DNA from: Candidatus Latescibacterota bacterium
Lineage (GTDB): Bacteria > Latescibacterota > UBA2968 > UBA8231
Assembly (NCBI GenBank): GCA_965203355.1
Contig: OZ241889.1
Span: forward strand, 1,440,001 to 1,504,000
Direction of reading: 5' to 3'
Length of the DNA stretch: 64,000 bases
Positions 1 through 9,234 of this stretch are shown one piece after another; positions within the stretch are counted from its first letter, which is position 1, and each line of letters begins with the position of its first letter. The notes under the pieces are model-generated. The model was not told the DNA's origin. It made no database searches and was given only the letters and a program-made list of their open reading frames with translations. Made by a program: the position numbers and the translations under genes.

Positions 1-1024
1 GCATCGCCAAAAACGCGCCGAGCAGCGCTGAGTTGAAGAGCGTGCCGGCTTCTTTGAGCACGGCCTCGGCGCGATTGCGGTCGATGAAAACTCCGAGCTG
101 GCCGTCGTATTCGTCCTCAATCGCCTGCAACTCAGCGACGACAGCCTCGCCGACGTCGATGACATTGGCGGTGGAGGCTTTGAAAATTTCTAGCTCTAAC
201 GCCTCGACGCCGTTGAGCCGCTCGTAGCGGCGCTTTTCCGGGTAGCCGTAGTTGATTTCGCCGATGTCGCTAAGGCGGAACGGACCGCCGATAAGCGGCA
301 TGTTGGCGATGTCCTCGGCGCGGGTGAACTCGCCAACGGCGCGGGCCATATAGCGCTGGCCGCCGTCCATGACGCGGCCCAGCGAGAGGTTGGTGTTGTT
401 CTCGTTGAGCTGCCAGCCGAGCGAGGGCAGCGAGAGGTTGTGGGCTTGCAAGCGCTCTTGATCGAGTTCGACGATGAGCTGTTTCTCTTCAAAGTCGTCG
501 ATGGCCACATTGACGACGCCGTTGAGCCGCAACAGCCGTGGCTCAATGACCTTTTGGATTACGTCGAGTAGGCGGTCGCCGTCGCCGCGCCACGCCAGAT
601 TGGCGTCCACAATGGGGCGCTGGTCCGACTGCCAGCGGCGCAGGCTGACGCGATCGACATCCGGGGGCAGGAGGGCGCGGGCTTGGTCGAGTTTTTCGCG
701 CATCTCCATGTTGGCCAAATCCATGTCGGTGCCGGCCTTGAAGTCAACGCGCACCTCGCCCCGATTGCGCCCGGAACTCGAACTAATGCGGTCGATGTTG
801 TTGAGTGTGCCCAGCGTCTGCTCCAGCGGCAAGATCACCAAGCGCTCGATTTCTTCGGGGGAGTTGTTGTTGTACTGGACGCTGGCCGTGATCCCCGAAG
901 AGGAAATGCTCGGCAACTGCTCCATGGGCAAGCGATCTAAGGCGACCACGCCCACCACCAAGGCGCAAATGGTGAGCATCAGGGTGGTCACGGGCCGTTT
1001 GAGCGAAAGTTCCGACAGGGTCAT
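1..1024 (-). CDS. RND efflux permease (AcrB/AcrD/AcrF family), 5' part; runs off the window
   Basis: Minus-strand frame from ATG at 1024: MTLSELSLKRPVTTLMLTICALVVGVVALDRLPMEQLP...SPEEIERLVILPLEQTLG, a typical AcrB N-terminus; GGAG RBS after the upstream RND stop. Confidence 0.88.
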   Translation of the reverse strand, partial: MTLSELSLKRPVTTLMLTICALVVGVVALDRLPMEQLPSISSSGITASVQYNNNSPEEIERLVILPLEQTLGTLNNIDRISSSSGRNRGEVRVDFKAGTDMDLANMEMREKLDQARALLPPDVDRVSLRRWQSDQRPIVDANLAWRGDGDRLLDVIQKVIEPRLLRLNGVVNVAIDDFEEKQLIVELDQERLQAHNLSLPSLGWQLNENNTNLSLGRVMDGGQRYMARAVGEFTRAEDIANMPLIGGPFRLSDIGEINYGYPEKRRYERLNGVEALELEIFKASTANVIDVGEAVVAELQAIEDEYDGQLGVFIDRNRAEAVLKEAGTLFNSALLGAFLAM

Positions 1025-1034
1025 AACCAATCTC

Positions 1035-4000
1035 CTAAGCGCTGCGATCCATCAGGGTATAGACCACGGGAATGAGCACCAAGGTCAGCAGGGTGGATAC
1101 CAACAGTCCGCCGATGACGGTAATGGCCATGGGCGTGCGGATCTCGGCCCCCTCGCCCAGCCCCAAGGCCATGGGCAACAGCCCGAGAACGGTAGTTGAG
1201 GTCGTCATGAGAATGGGCCGGAAGCGCACCGTGCCGGCGCGCAGCACCGCGGCGAATTTTTCCAGGCCCTCGTCGCGGCGCAGACGGTTGATATAATCGA
1301 CGAGCACGATGGCGTTGTTGACGACAATGCCAGCGAGCATGATCAGGCCAATGAGCACGACCACGCTGATGGTGGTGCCGGTCGCGAGCAGGCCGAGGGC
1401 GCTGCCGACCAGCCCGAGGGGAATGGTGAACATGATGACCAGCGGGTGCAAAAGCGATTCAAATTGCGAGGCCATCACCAAATAGACCAAGAACACGGCC
1501 AACAGCAGGGCGAATTGCATGCTGGCAAAGGAGCGGACCATTTCCTCGTTCTGGCCGCCGATCGATACGGTGAAGCCCTCGGGCAAAGGCAAGTCGGCGA
1601 GGGTGGTTTCGATCGCGGCTACCACGCCGCCCAGATCGCGTCCGTCGAGGTTGGCCGAGATGACCGCGACGCGCTCTTGATCGAGGCGGCGGATCTCGGC
1701 GGGGCCATCCACGGCCCGCACGTCGGCGACCGATGCGAGCGCGACCGGCACGGGGTAGGAGGCCGGGCTGACGATCATTTGCTTGAGGTCCGCGACGGTC
1801 TGGCGTTCCTCGTCGAGTGCGCGGACCCGGATATCGACCTTGCGGTCGCGGCGCGCCAACTCGGTGGCGACGTCGCCTTGCAGCTTGTTGCGCAACAGCT
1901 CGCCGATATTCTGCACGGTGGTGCCCAATTCGGCGACCCGCCGGCGGTCGAAGAAAATCTGGACTTCGGGTTGGCCGCCGGCCGTGCTCGAACGGATGTC
2001 GGTCAGCCCAGCAATGGTGTGCATGCGCTCGACCGCTTCGCTGGCCAACAGGTCGAGGGTGTTCAGACTGTAGCCGCGGATTTCCACCTCTACCGGGGTT
2101 CGGAACGAAAAATAAGCGGGCCGCGAGAATTTGAACTTCAGCTCGGGAATGTCCCGGAGCAGGCCGCGCACGGCTTCGATGGCCGCCTCTTCGCCGACTG
2201 CGGGTGCGAGCCGCACGTGGAGATGGGCGGTGTGCTCCTTTTTGTCTGCGGCCGTGCCGCCCGCTTGGGCGCTGCTGCCGACGAGCGCAAAGACCGAGGC
2301 GATGCCGTTGAGACGGCGCACCCGCTGGTCAATGGCGGCGACTTGGGCGGCGGTCTGCTCGAGGGGCGTACCGGCGCGCCAGGCTAAATCGACGAGGAAT
2401 TCGCCTTGGCTCATCTCCGGGATTAGCTCCAGCCCTAGGCCGCGCGACCGCTCGAGGACCAAAGCCCCGATCGCGATAAAGAGGACGAGGACGATCAGCC
2501 GCCGCCGCAGTGCCCAGCTCAAAAGGCGTGGATACGCTTTGTTGAGCGCGTTGAAGGCGAGGTCAAAGAGCCAGTACAGCGGGAAGAGCAGGATGGAGCA
2601 GACGCGGCCAGCACCGCGGGCTGTGGCGCGGATTAGGCGAATGAGTAGGGCGGGGCCTTGGAGGCCGCGCTTGGGGCCGATCGCTTCCTTTTCGGCAATC
2701 ATGCTTTCGAGGCTCAGCGACGAGAGCATGGGAATCAGCATTAAGGCGACCACTAGCGAGGCGACCAGCGAATAGGTGACGGTCAGGGCTTGATCGCGGA
2801 AGAGCTGGCCCGCGACGCCCTCGACGAAGACGATGGGCAAAAACACGCAGATAGTGGTGGCGGTGGCGGCGATGACGGCGCGACCGACCTCGCTGGCACC
2901 GCGCACGGCGGCCGCTAAGACGTTGAGTCCTTGGTCGCGGTAGCGCTGTACGCTTTCTAAGACCACAATGGAGTTGTCGACCAGCATCCCGACGCCCAAC
3001 GCCAGCCCGCCCAGCGACATGATGTTGAGGCTTACGTCCGAGCCGAACATTAGGAAAAAGGTCGCTATCACCGAGAGGGGAATCGAGAGGCTGATGATGG
3101 CTGTGCTCTTGAGGTCGCGGAGGAAGAGAAAGAGCACGATGACGGCGAGTATGCCGCCGATGATGGCGGTGTTGAGCACCTCGTCGACGGCCTGCTGGAT
3201 AAAGGTCGCTTGGTTGAAGACCACTTCCATGCCGCTGCCTTGGAGCAGCGTGACATGCTCGGCGAGAAACTCGTCTAGGCGCGCTTGGACGGCCGCGCTG
3301 ACTTGGACGGTGTTGGCGTCGCCTTCCTTGAAGACCGAGACTTCGACGCCCTCTCGGCCATTGATGCGGGTTACGAGGTCGCGCTCGCGGTGGCCGCGGA
3401 AGACGCGGCCTACATCCTTGAGTTTGATCGGTGCGCGTTCGATCTGACCGATGACGATCTCGCCGATCTCGTCGATGCCTTGGAACTCGTTGAGGGTGCG
3501 GACGAGGAACTCGGCCTCGCCGTCCTTGAGCACTCCGCCGGTCAGGTTGACGTTTTCTGCGGCGAGGCGACTGGTAACTTGATTGATGGAGATGCCGAGG
3601 TGGGCGAGGCGTTGGGCTTCGACCTCGACCTGAATTTCTTCTTCGAGGCCGCCGTTGATTCGGACGGCGGCTACGCCTTCGAGGCTTTCGAGGTCGGGAC
3701 GCAGCCGCTCTTCGGCGACGCGCCGCATCTCCATCAGGCTCAAGTTGCCGTAAAACGCCAAGCGCATTATGGGGTCGAGCGAGGGATCAAAGCGCAAGAG
3801 TATGGGCTTGCTGGCGTCGCGTGGCAGGTTGGACAGATCGAGCTTTTCGCGGATGTCGAGCGAGGCAAAGTCCATGTTGGTGCCCCAGCCGAATTCGACG
3901 ACCACATCGGAGATGCCCGGCCGCGAAATCGACGAGACGCGGACGACGTTGCTGACCACGCCGACCAACCCTTCGACCGGCTCGGAAATAAGGCGCTCAA

Positions 4001-4175
4001 TTTCGAGGGGAGCCACGCCTTCGTATTCGGTGCGGACGGTGATGGTGGGATACGTGATGTCCGGGAGGAGGTTGACGGCTAGGCGCGAAAAACCCACGCC
4101 GCCGAAGGCGATGATCGCCACCATCAACATCGCCACGGTGACGCGGCGGCGCGTGGAAAATTCGACTAGTTTCAC
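1035..4175 (-). CDS. RND efflux permease (AcrB/AcrD/AcrF family), 1046 aa
   Basis: Full-length ORF with GMLVDNSIVVLE, GIVVNNAIVLVD and RFRPILMT motifs and a two-repeat TM architecture. Confidence 0.95.
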   Translation of the reverse strand: MKLVEFSTRRRVTVAMLMVAIIAFGGVGFSRLAVNLLPDITYPTITVRTEYEGVAPLEIERLISEPVEGLVGVVSNVVRVSSISRPGISDVVVEFGWGTNMDFASLDIREKLDLSNLPRDASKPILLRFDPSLDPIMRLAFYGNLSLMEMRRVAEERLRPDLESLEGVAAVRINGGLEEEIQVEVEAQRLAHLGISINQVTSRLAAENVNLTGGVLKDGEAEFLVRTLNEFQGIDEIGEIVIGQIERAPIKLKDVGRVFRGHRERDLVTRINGREGVEVSVFKEGDANTVQVSAAVQARLDEFLAEHVTLLQGSGMEVVFNQATFIQQAVDEVLNTAIIGGILAVIVLFLFLRDLKSTAIISLSIPLSVIATFFLMFGSDVSLNIMSLGGLALGVGMLVDNSIVVLESVQRYRDQGLNVLAAAVRGASEVGRAVIAATATTICVFLPIVFVEGVAGQLFRDQALTVTYSLVASLVVALMLIPMLSSLSLESMIAEKEAIGPKRGLQGPALLIRLIRATARGAGRVCSILLFPLYWLFDLAFNALNKAYPRLLSWALRRRLIVLVLFIAIGALVLERSRGLGLELIPEMSQGEFLVDLAWRAGTPLEQTAAQVAAIDQRVRRLNGIASVFALVGSSAQAGGTAADKKEHTAHLHVRLAPAVGEEAAIEAVRGLLRDIPELKFKFSRPAYFSFRTPVEVEIRGYSLNTLDLLASEAVERMHTIAGLTDIRSSTAGGQPEVQIFFDRRRVAELGTTVQNIGELLRNKLQGDVATELARRDRKVDIRVRALDEERQTVADLKQMIVSPASYPVPVALASVADVRAVDGPAEIRRLDQERVAVISANLDGRDLGGVVAAIETTLADLPLPEGFTVSIGGQNEEMVRSFASMQFALLLAVFLVYLVMASQFESLLHPLVIMFTIPLGLVGSALGLLATGTTISVVVLIGLIMLAGIVVNNAIVLVDYINRLRRDEGLEKFAAVLRAGTVRFRPILMTTSTTVLGLLPMALGLGEGAEIRTPMAITVIGGLLVSTLLTLVLIPVVYTLMDRSA

Positions 4176-5410
4176 TGGCCCCTACCTTGCCAGCGCCCGC
4201 CGCCCTGCTCGCGCATTGCGCGCAGCACTTGGCGCAAGCTGTCGGGCAAAGGCTTGCCTTGGCGGCGGTACTCGGCGATGACTTGGCGCAAGCTGTCGGA
4301 CAGGCTGGGCGTACCGGGTGAGGGGGCCTGTTCTTCCGCGGTCGGCAGGCCCTCGCCAGCCAGCCGCACGGCTGCGCCGTCCTTGAGGCCCTCGTGACCG
4401 ACGGTTACTACTTGGTCGCCTTCTTTGAGGCCGGAGACGACCTCGACTTGATCGCCCTCGACAAAGCCCAATTCGACCGCGACCCGCCGCACTGTGCTGT
4501 CCTCGATGAGAAAGACGTCGTCCTCGTCGGTTTCGAGGATTAGGGCCTTTTTGGGGACGATTAGGGTCTGGGGCCTCCGCTCGGTAATAATGCGGACCGT
4601 GGCGAACATCCCCGGTTTGAGGACGCCCGCGCTGGCGACTTCGAGGGTGACCTTGACGGTGCCGCTGGCCGGATCGACCTCTGGACTCATCATGCGGATG
4701 CGGCCGCGAAAACTCGTGTCGGGCAGGGCTTCGACTGCGATAGTGGCCTCTTGGCCGGGGTGCAACTGGTACATGCGCTGCTCAGGCGCGAAGATGCGCA
4801 CCAACAGCGGGTCGCGATCGGCGACGACGAAAACTTCTTGATTGCCGCGCACTAGGTCGCCCACTTCGACCAATCGCTGGGTGACGACACCAGCAATGGG
4901 CGCAGTAACATCGGCGTACGCGAGATTGAGCTGGGCTTCTTCGAGGGCGATCTGGGCGTTGTCCCAGCGAAGTTGGGCTGCGTCGTGTTCGGATTGGCTG
5001 ACCATGTTGCGCTCGTATAGCGCCTTGATGCGCGCGCGATTGGTGCTGGCGTCGTCAAAAGCCTGTTGGGCTTGGCGCGAGTTCAGGCTCAGTTCATCCT
5101 TGTTGAGGCGCACCATTACTTGGCCTTGGCGCACTAGGTCGCCCTCTTCGGCGGCCAGCTTCTCGACTAGGCCGGTCGTGCGTGCCAAGACGCTGACTCG
5201 GCGCTCGGCTTCGAGGCGGGAGTACGTTTCAATGTAGGCGTTCATGTCGCCGCGCGTGACCGGCTCGCCTTTGACCGGAATGGCGGCTGCTTCGCGCCCG
5301 CCCCAACCGCCACCGCCGCGTCGGGCCTCCGGTGCTGCTTCCTCCTCGCCGCAGCCTAGTGCGGAGAGCAAGACGCTGCCGATGTACAGGGCAAATTGGC
5401 GGGTTGTCAT
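4172..5410 (-). CDS. RND periplasmic adaptor (membrane fusion protein), probable lipoprotein
   Basis: Lipobox-like SALGC; lipoyl/hairpin motifs EEGDLVRQGQ, APIAGVV, LKPGMFA, GLKEGDQVV; 4-bp overlap with the RND gene. Confidence 0.92.
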   Translation of the reverse strand: MTTRQFALYIGSVLLSALGCGEEEAAPEARRGGGGWGGREAAAIPVKGEPVTRGDMNAYIETYSRLEAERRVSVLARTTGLVEKLAAEEGDLVRQGQVMVRLNKDELSLNSRQAQQAFDDASTNRARIKALYERNMVSQSEHDAAQLRWDNAQIALEEAQLNLAYADVTAPIAGVVTQRLVEVGDLVRGNQEVFVVADRDPLLVRIFAPEQRMYQLHPGQEATIAVEALPDTSFRGRIRMMSPEVDPASGTVKVTLEVASAGVLKPGMFATVRIITERRPQTLIVPKKALILETDEDDVFLIEDSTVRRVAVELGFVEGDQVEVVSGLKEGDQVVTVGHEGLKDGAAVRLAGEGLPTAEEQAPSPGTPSLSDSLRQVIAEYRRQGKPLPDSLRQVLRAMREQGGGRWQGRGQ

Positions 5411-5622
5411 CTGGAACAGCCCCTAGTTGTGTGTGCGTTGTTCACGGGATTCCTTTCTTTGGCGTGTGTCGCCGAAGTATAGATGAGGCTGAGATGTTTG
5501 TCAACAAAACTGACTGGTCAGTTCTGTCGAGCTATGCCATTACATTAGACCAGCCATTCATTCCATTCATTCCCATGCGTTTTAATTTTTTGCTGCGGCC
5601 GCGTGATGACCGGGTGCGCGAC

Positions 5623-7002
5623 TCAGGCTCTAATCGGGAATTCGCTTAGCGGAGCGCACTCTATCGGTTGGTGCTGGTTTGGTGCGTCCAAGGCCGCCAA
5701 CCGCTCGGCCAGGTCCGTAGGGGCCGCGAATATCATGGGCCGGCCCTTTTTGACCATTTCAAGGACGCCGCGCTCTGAGAGGTCCAAAAAATCGGTTCGC
5801 GCTGTCTGATAGGCGACGGCATGGCTGCGTTGGTGGCCGGCGATGGTATAACGTTGCCTTGGATTGCTCAGGGCGTGGCGGATGAGTGCGATCTGCCGGT
5901 GATTGAACAGCGCGAGTGCTTGAATGTCCTGCTCTGCTTGGCGCAGTTGGGTCGCTTTTCGCTCGATATAGCGGTGTAACTCGCCGATGGCCTGAGAGAT
6001 TACCTCAGTCTGAGCAACCAAAAAGTAGGTCAGGTCGTTGTCGTCTGTCTCGGTGTACAAAAATGAACGGCCATATTGCACCGGTGCCTTTCGCAAAATG
6101 GTCGAAATCGAAATAAAATCGAAAATCCAATAGCCGCTCCGCAGCATGGACCAGTAGAAAAGTGCCCTTGCGGTCCGCCCATTGCCATCGACAAATGGAT
6201 GATCGTAAGACAACCAGAAGTGCAAAATTATGGCGCGCACAACCGGATGAATGAAGTGGGTTGGCGTTTCGCCATTGGCAAAAGCACACATGGCGTTCAT
6301 CCGGTCGGCTAGTTCACTAGCGTGTGGCGGGTCGTGAAAGACTTGGCCGAAATCATCGCTGACGACGCAGTGCTCATCGAGCCTGCGGAAGCGACCTGTC
6401 GCGGTTGGATCCGCTAGGGTATCGGCGGTGATTAGACGGTGGATATCCAAGACTAGTTCCGGCGAGAGGGCCGAGGATTTTTCCCGGATGCGCTGCATGG
6501 TCAGATAGTTGTTCAAGATCATCTGCTCGTTTGTATCGCACGGGCGGCGGCCGGTGCGGAGCATATTTTTAGCGGCCTCACGCGTAGTTGCTGCGCCTTC
6601 GAGTTGACTAGAGGTAATGGCTTCCTCCATCAGCGAGCGCACCAAATAGCGGTCGCGGGTTTGAGGATTGACAATGGGTTCCGGTACGCTCACTAGCCCG
6701 CCCGTACCCAAATCAATCTTGTGTAACCCCTGCAAGACCCTCTCTGGCACGGCAAACTGGAACGGCTTTCCTTCTTTGTCTTTGAGGTCAATCGGTTGTA
6801 GTGCGTTGGTACGGGCGAATTTCAATGTCAGCCACCATTCGCGGTGGGAAAGGCCCTCGGGTGGTGGGCGATGCCGGATTTCATCCCAATGCAGGTAGTG
6901 TTCCGCGCCAGTTCGCATATGGCTGGCAAGCTGCATTAGCCGACCCGGCGCGACTTCGGCTATCAGGTCTGCGAACTTGGGAGGGGACTGAGGGAGATTC
7001 AT
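5623..7002 (-). CDS. Fic family protein (class II-like) with C-terminal winged-helix region
   Basis: Canonical HPFVDGNGRTAR Fic motif; (S/T)xxxEG inhibitory motif SSQLEG; C-terminal YQTARTDFLDL HTH-like segment. Confidence 0.92.
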   Translation of the reverse strand: MNLPQSPPKFADLIAEVAPGRLMQLASHMRTGAEHYLHWDEIRHRPPPEGLSHREWWLTLKFARTNALQPIDLKDKEGKPFQFAVPERVLQGLHKIDLGTGGLVSVPEPIVNPQTRDRYLVRSLMEEAITSSQLEGAATTREAAKNMLRTGRRPCDTNEQMILNNYLTMQRIREKSSALSPELVLDIHRLITADTLADPTATGRFRRLDEHCVVSDDFGQVFHDPPHASELADRMNAMCAFANGETPTHFIHPVVRAIILHFWLSYDHPFVDGNGRTARALFYWSMLRSGYWIFDFISISTILRKAPVQYGRSFLYTETDDNDLTYFLVAQTEVISQAIGELHRYIERKATQLRQAEQDIQALALFNHRQIALIRHALSNPRQRYTIAGHQRSHAVAYQTARTDFLDLSERGVLEMVKKGRPMIFAAPTDLAERLAALDAPNQHQPIECAPLSEFPIRA

Positions 7003-7013
7003 AGAAATTAAGA

Positions 7014-7104
7014 TAATGTCAATGAATTACTAACTAATACTAAATTAGTAATTGACAGAAACTAATGTCAATGAATTACTAATTAATACTAAATTAGTAA
7101 TTGA
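7014..7104. repeat. Two 42-bp AT-rich direct repeats, each with internal dyad symmetry; probable operator/promoter array
   Basis: 7014-7055 and 7063-7104 both read taatgtcaatgaattactaa(c/t)taatactaaattagtaattga (1 mismatch); aattactaa/ttagtaatt and tgtcaat/attgaca inverted pairs. Confidence 0.9.
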
Positions 7105-7196
7105 AGGCCCCAACCTACTTTTGCAGGTCGCTGCCACAGCCCCTATAATTGGGCCGTGTGCAAAAAAACAAAACACCGCTAAACAGGATCAATGTG

Positions 7197-7667
7197 ATGC
7201 AAAAGCTCCTCGTGGCCTTGGCGGCCCTTGCGCTGGTAGCCTGTGGCCGAGAGCCCCCTGCTGCGGACCTCATTCCCGCCCGCATTGTCGATGTGCGCGA
7301 CTTTGGTGCCGATGGGGTGGCTGTCGTGCTCAAAGGCGACGAAGTGCCGCCGTTGCCCATCGTCATCGGCCACTGCGAGGCGCGGGCGTTAGTCAGGGCC
7401 ATGCAGGACGAGGACTTCCCGCGCCCACTGGCGTACGATTTGTTGGAAGCGATGCTGGAGAAGCTGCAAGGCGAGGTGCGGCATCTCGTCGTCCACAGCA
7501 TTGAGGACGACACCTTTCACGCCAATTTGCACATTGAAACCGAGGCTGGCGAGTGGGTGCTCGATTGTCGGCCCAGCGACGGCATGGTGCTGGCGACGCG
7601 CCTCGGGGTGCCCATCTACCTGCGGCCGCAGCTTTTTGAACCCAAAGACCTAAGCCCACAGATATAA
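7197..7667 (+). CDS. DUF151 / bifunctional nuclease (DNase-RNase) family protein with lipoprotein-like signal peptide
   Basis: LPIVIGHCEA, RPLAYDL, TFHANL and DCRPSDGMVLA match DUF151 motifs; N-terminus MQKLLVALAALALVAC. Confidence 0.82.
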   Translation: MQKLLVALAALALVACGREPPAADLIPARIVDVRDFGADGVAVVLKGDEVPPLPIVIGHCEARALVRAMQDEDFPRPLAYDLLEAMLEKLQGEVRHLVVHSIEDDTFHANLHIETEAGEWVLDCRPSDGMVLATRLGVPIYLRPQLFEPKDLSPQI

Positions 7668-7686
7668 CCATCGCAAGGAGCGTGCC

Positions 7687-8697
7687 GTGGCCTATCGCGT
7701 TGGCCTCGTGGGGACGGGTGGTATCGCCCGCGCTCACGGCACGGCCTGCCAGCAGATTGCCGAAGCCGAACTCGTCGCCATTTGCGACGTTTCTGCTGAG
7801 CAGCTAGCGCGCTGCGGCGAGGAATTTGGCGTTGCAGCGCGCTATACCGAACTCGACGTCATGCTCCGCGAGGCCGAGCTGGACATTGCCATCATCTGCA
7901 CTTGGGGTGCTTTTCACGCGGAGACCGGGATTAAGATCTGCGATTCCGGGCGGGTAAAAGCCGTGCTCTGCGAAAAGCCCTTCACCCAAAATGCGGATGA
8001 AGCAGCGGCCTTTGTCGCGGCTGGCAGGAAGAGCCGCGTCCTCGTGGCCGAGGCGTTTAAGTTTCGCCATCATCCCATGCACTTGCGGGCCAAGGCCATG
8101 CTCGACGCCGGCGCAATCGGCGACTTGGTCGGCGTGCGGAGCGCGTTTTGCACCAGTTCGGGAGGCGTGCTCCGCGAGCGTACACCTGAGTCGAATTGGC
8201 GCTTCAACAAGGCCAAAGGCGGCGGTAGCCTCTACGACTTGGCCTGTTACAACATTCACCATGCGCGGTTTGTGTTTGGCGGGGAGCCGGAGCGGGTGTT
8301 TGCCGCACAGCAGTTGGGCTTGGAGACCGACGATGCCGCGTCGATTGTGCTGGTCTTTGCCGGGGGCCGCACCGCGCAGATTTCCGTGGGTTTTAATACG
8401 TTCAGCGCGCAGTACGCCGAGATTGCCGGGCATCGCGGGATGCTGCGGCTAGATCCGGTGTGGAACAACGAGAATAGGGCCGCGACCATCGAGCATCGCA
8501 TGCCGAGCGGAGTGGAGGTCGTCGAATTTCCGCCGTGCTTTCAGTTTGCATTGCAGTTGCAGCACTTGTGCGAATGCTTGGCCGAGGGGCGGGAGCACCG
8601 GATCTCGCCGGAGCACAGCGTCGCGCAGATGCGGGTGCTGGACGCGGTGAAGGAGTCTATGGAGACCGGGCGGGCGGTGGAATTGTCCAATGGCTAG
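7687..8697 (+). CDS. Gfo/Idh/MocA family oxidoreductase
   Basis: VGLVGTGGIA Rossmann motif, LCEKP, GGGSLYDLACYNIH. Confidence 0.92.
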   Translation: MAYRVGLVGTGGIARAHGTACQQIAEAELVAICDVSAEQLARCGEEFGVAARYTELDVMLREAELDIAIICTWGAFHAETGIKICDSGRVKAVLCEKPFTQNADEAAAFVAAGRKSRVLVAEAFKFRHHPMHLRAKAMLDAGAIGDLVGVRSAFCTSSGGVLRERTPESNWRFNKAKGGGSLYDLACYNIHHARFVFGGEPERVFAAQQLGLETDDAASIVLVFAGGRTAQISVGFNTFSAQYAEIAGHRGMLRLDPVWNNENRAATIEHRMPSGVEVVEFPPCFQFALQLQHLCECLAEGREHRISPEHSVAQMRVLDAVKESMETGRAVELSNG

Positions 8698-8800
8698 CGA
8701 GTGGCGGGTACGCGGACCGAAGTAAAAGGGGCTTGGCCGATTGGATTTGTGGGGAGGGCCGCGCCCGGCAAATCCGCTCGACGACTGGAAATAGCCGGCC

Positions 8801-9229
8801 TCAATCCCCGTTACGTGCGTACCAGTGGCGCTGCATTTCGAGGTAGGTGAAGGACGCCGACCACGCAATCAGCCCCAGCCCGAGCAGCGATTCAATACCC
8901 GCCAACAGCCGCGCCGGTCCCAACGGCGCGATGTCGCCGTACCCCAGCGAGGTGTACGTGACCAGCGAGAAATACAAGATGTCGAGCGGCCCGGATACCG
9001 CGCCAGAGAGGGCGGCCATGTCGGTGGCCAGTAGGTAGTACCAGCCGACGGCAAACAGCACGACCTCGACGAAGTGGGCGCAGAGAGAGAGGAACACGGC
9101 GAACAACACTCGAATGCGCGGGGAAACCGGCAGCTTTCCCAGCCAGCGCGAGCCAAAGGCAAGGGCCTCGTAGTGGACGCCGATGGTGATCAGAATGAGT
9201 GCGATTGAAACAGGTAGGATGGTCGCCAT
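8801..9229 (-). CDS. Two-TM potassium channel family protein (Ion_trans_2)
   Basis: Pore helix/filter LYFSLVTYTSLGYGDIAP flanked by hydrophobic helices; start set at MATILP. Confidence 0.85.
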   Translation of the reverse strand: MATILPVSIALILITIGVHYEALAFGSRWLGKLPVSPRIRVLFAVFLSLCAHFVEVVLFAVGWYYLLATDMAALSGAVSGPLDILYFSLVTYTSLGYGDIAPLGPARLLAGIESLLGLGLIAWSASFTYLEMQRHWYARNGD

Positions 9230-9234
9230 CGCAA

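Noticed and set aside
7014-7104. Possible mini CRISPR array
   Set aside because: Only two units with a 7-bp spacer and no cas operon; kept as an operator-like repeat
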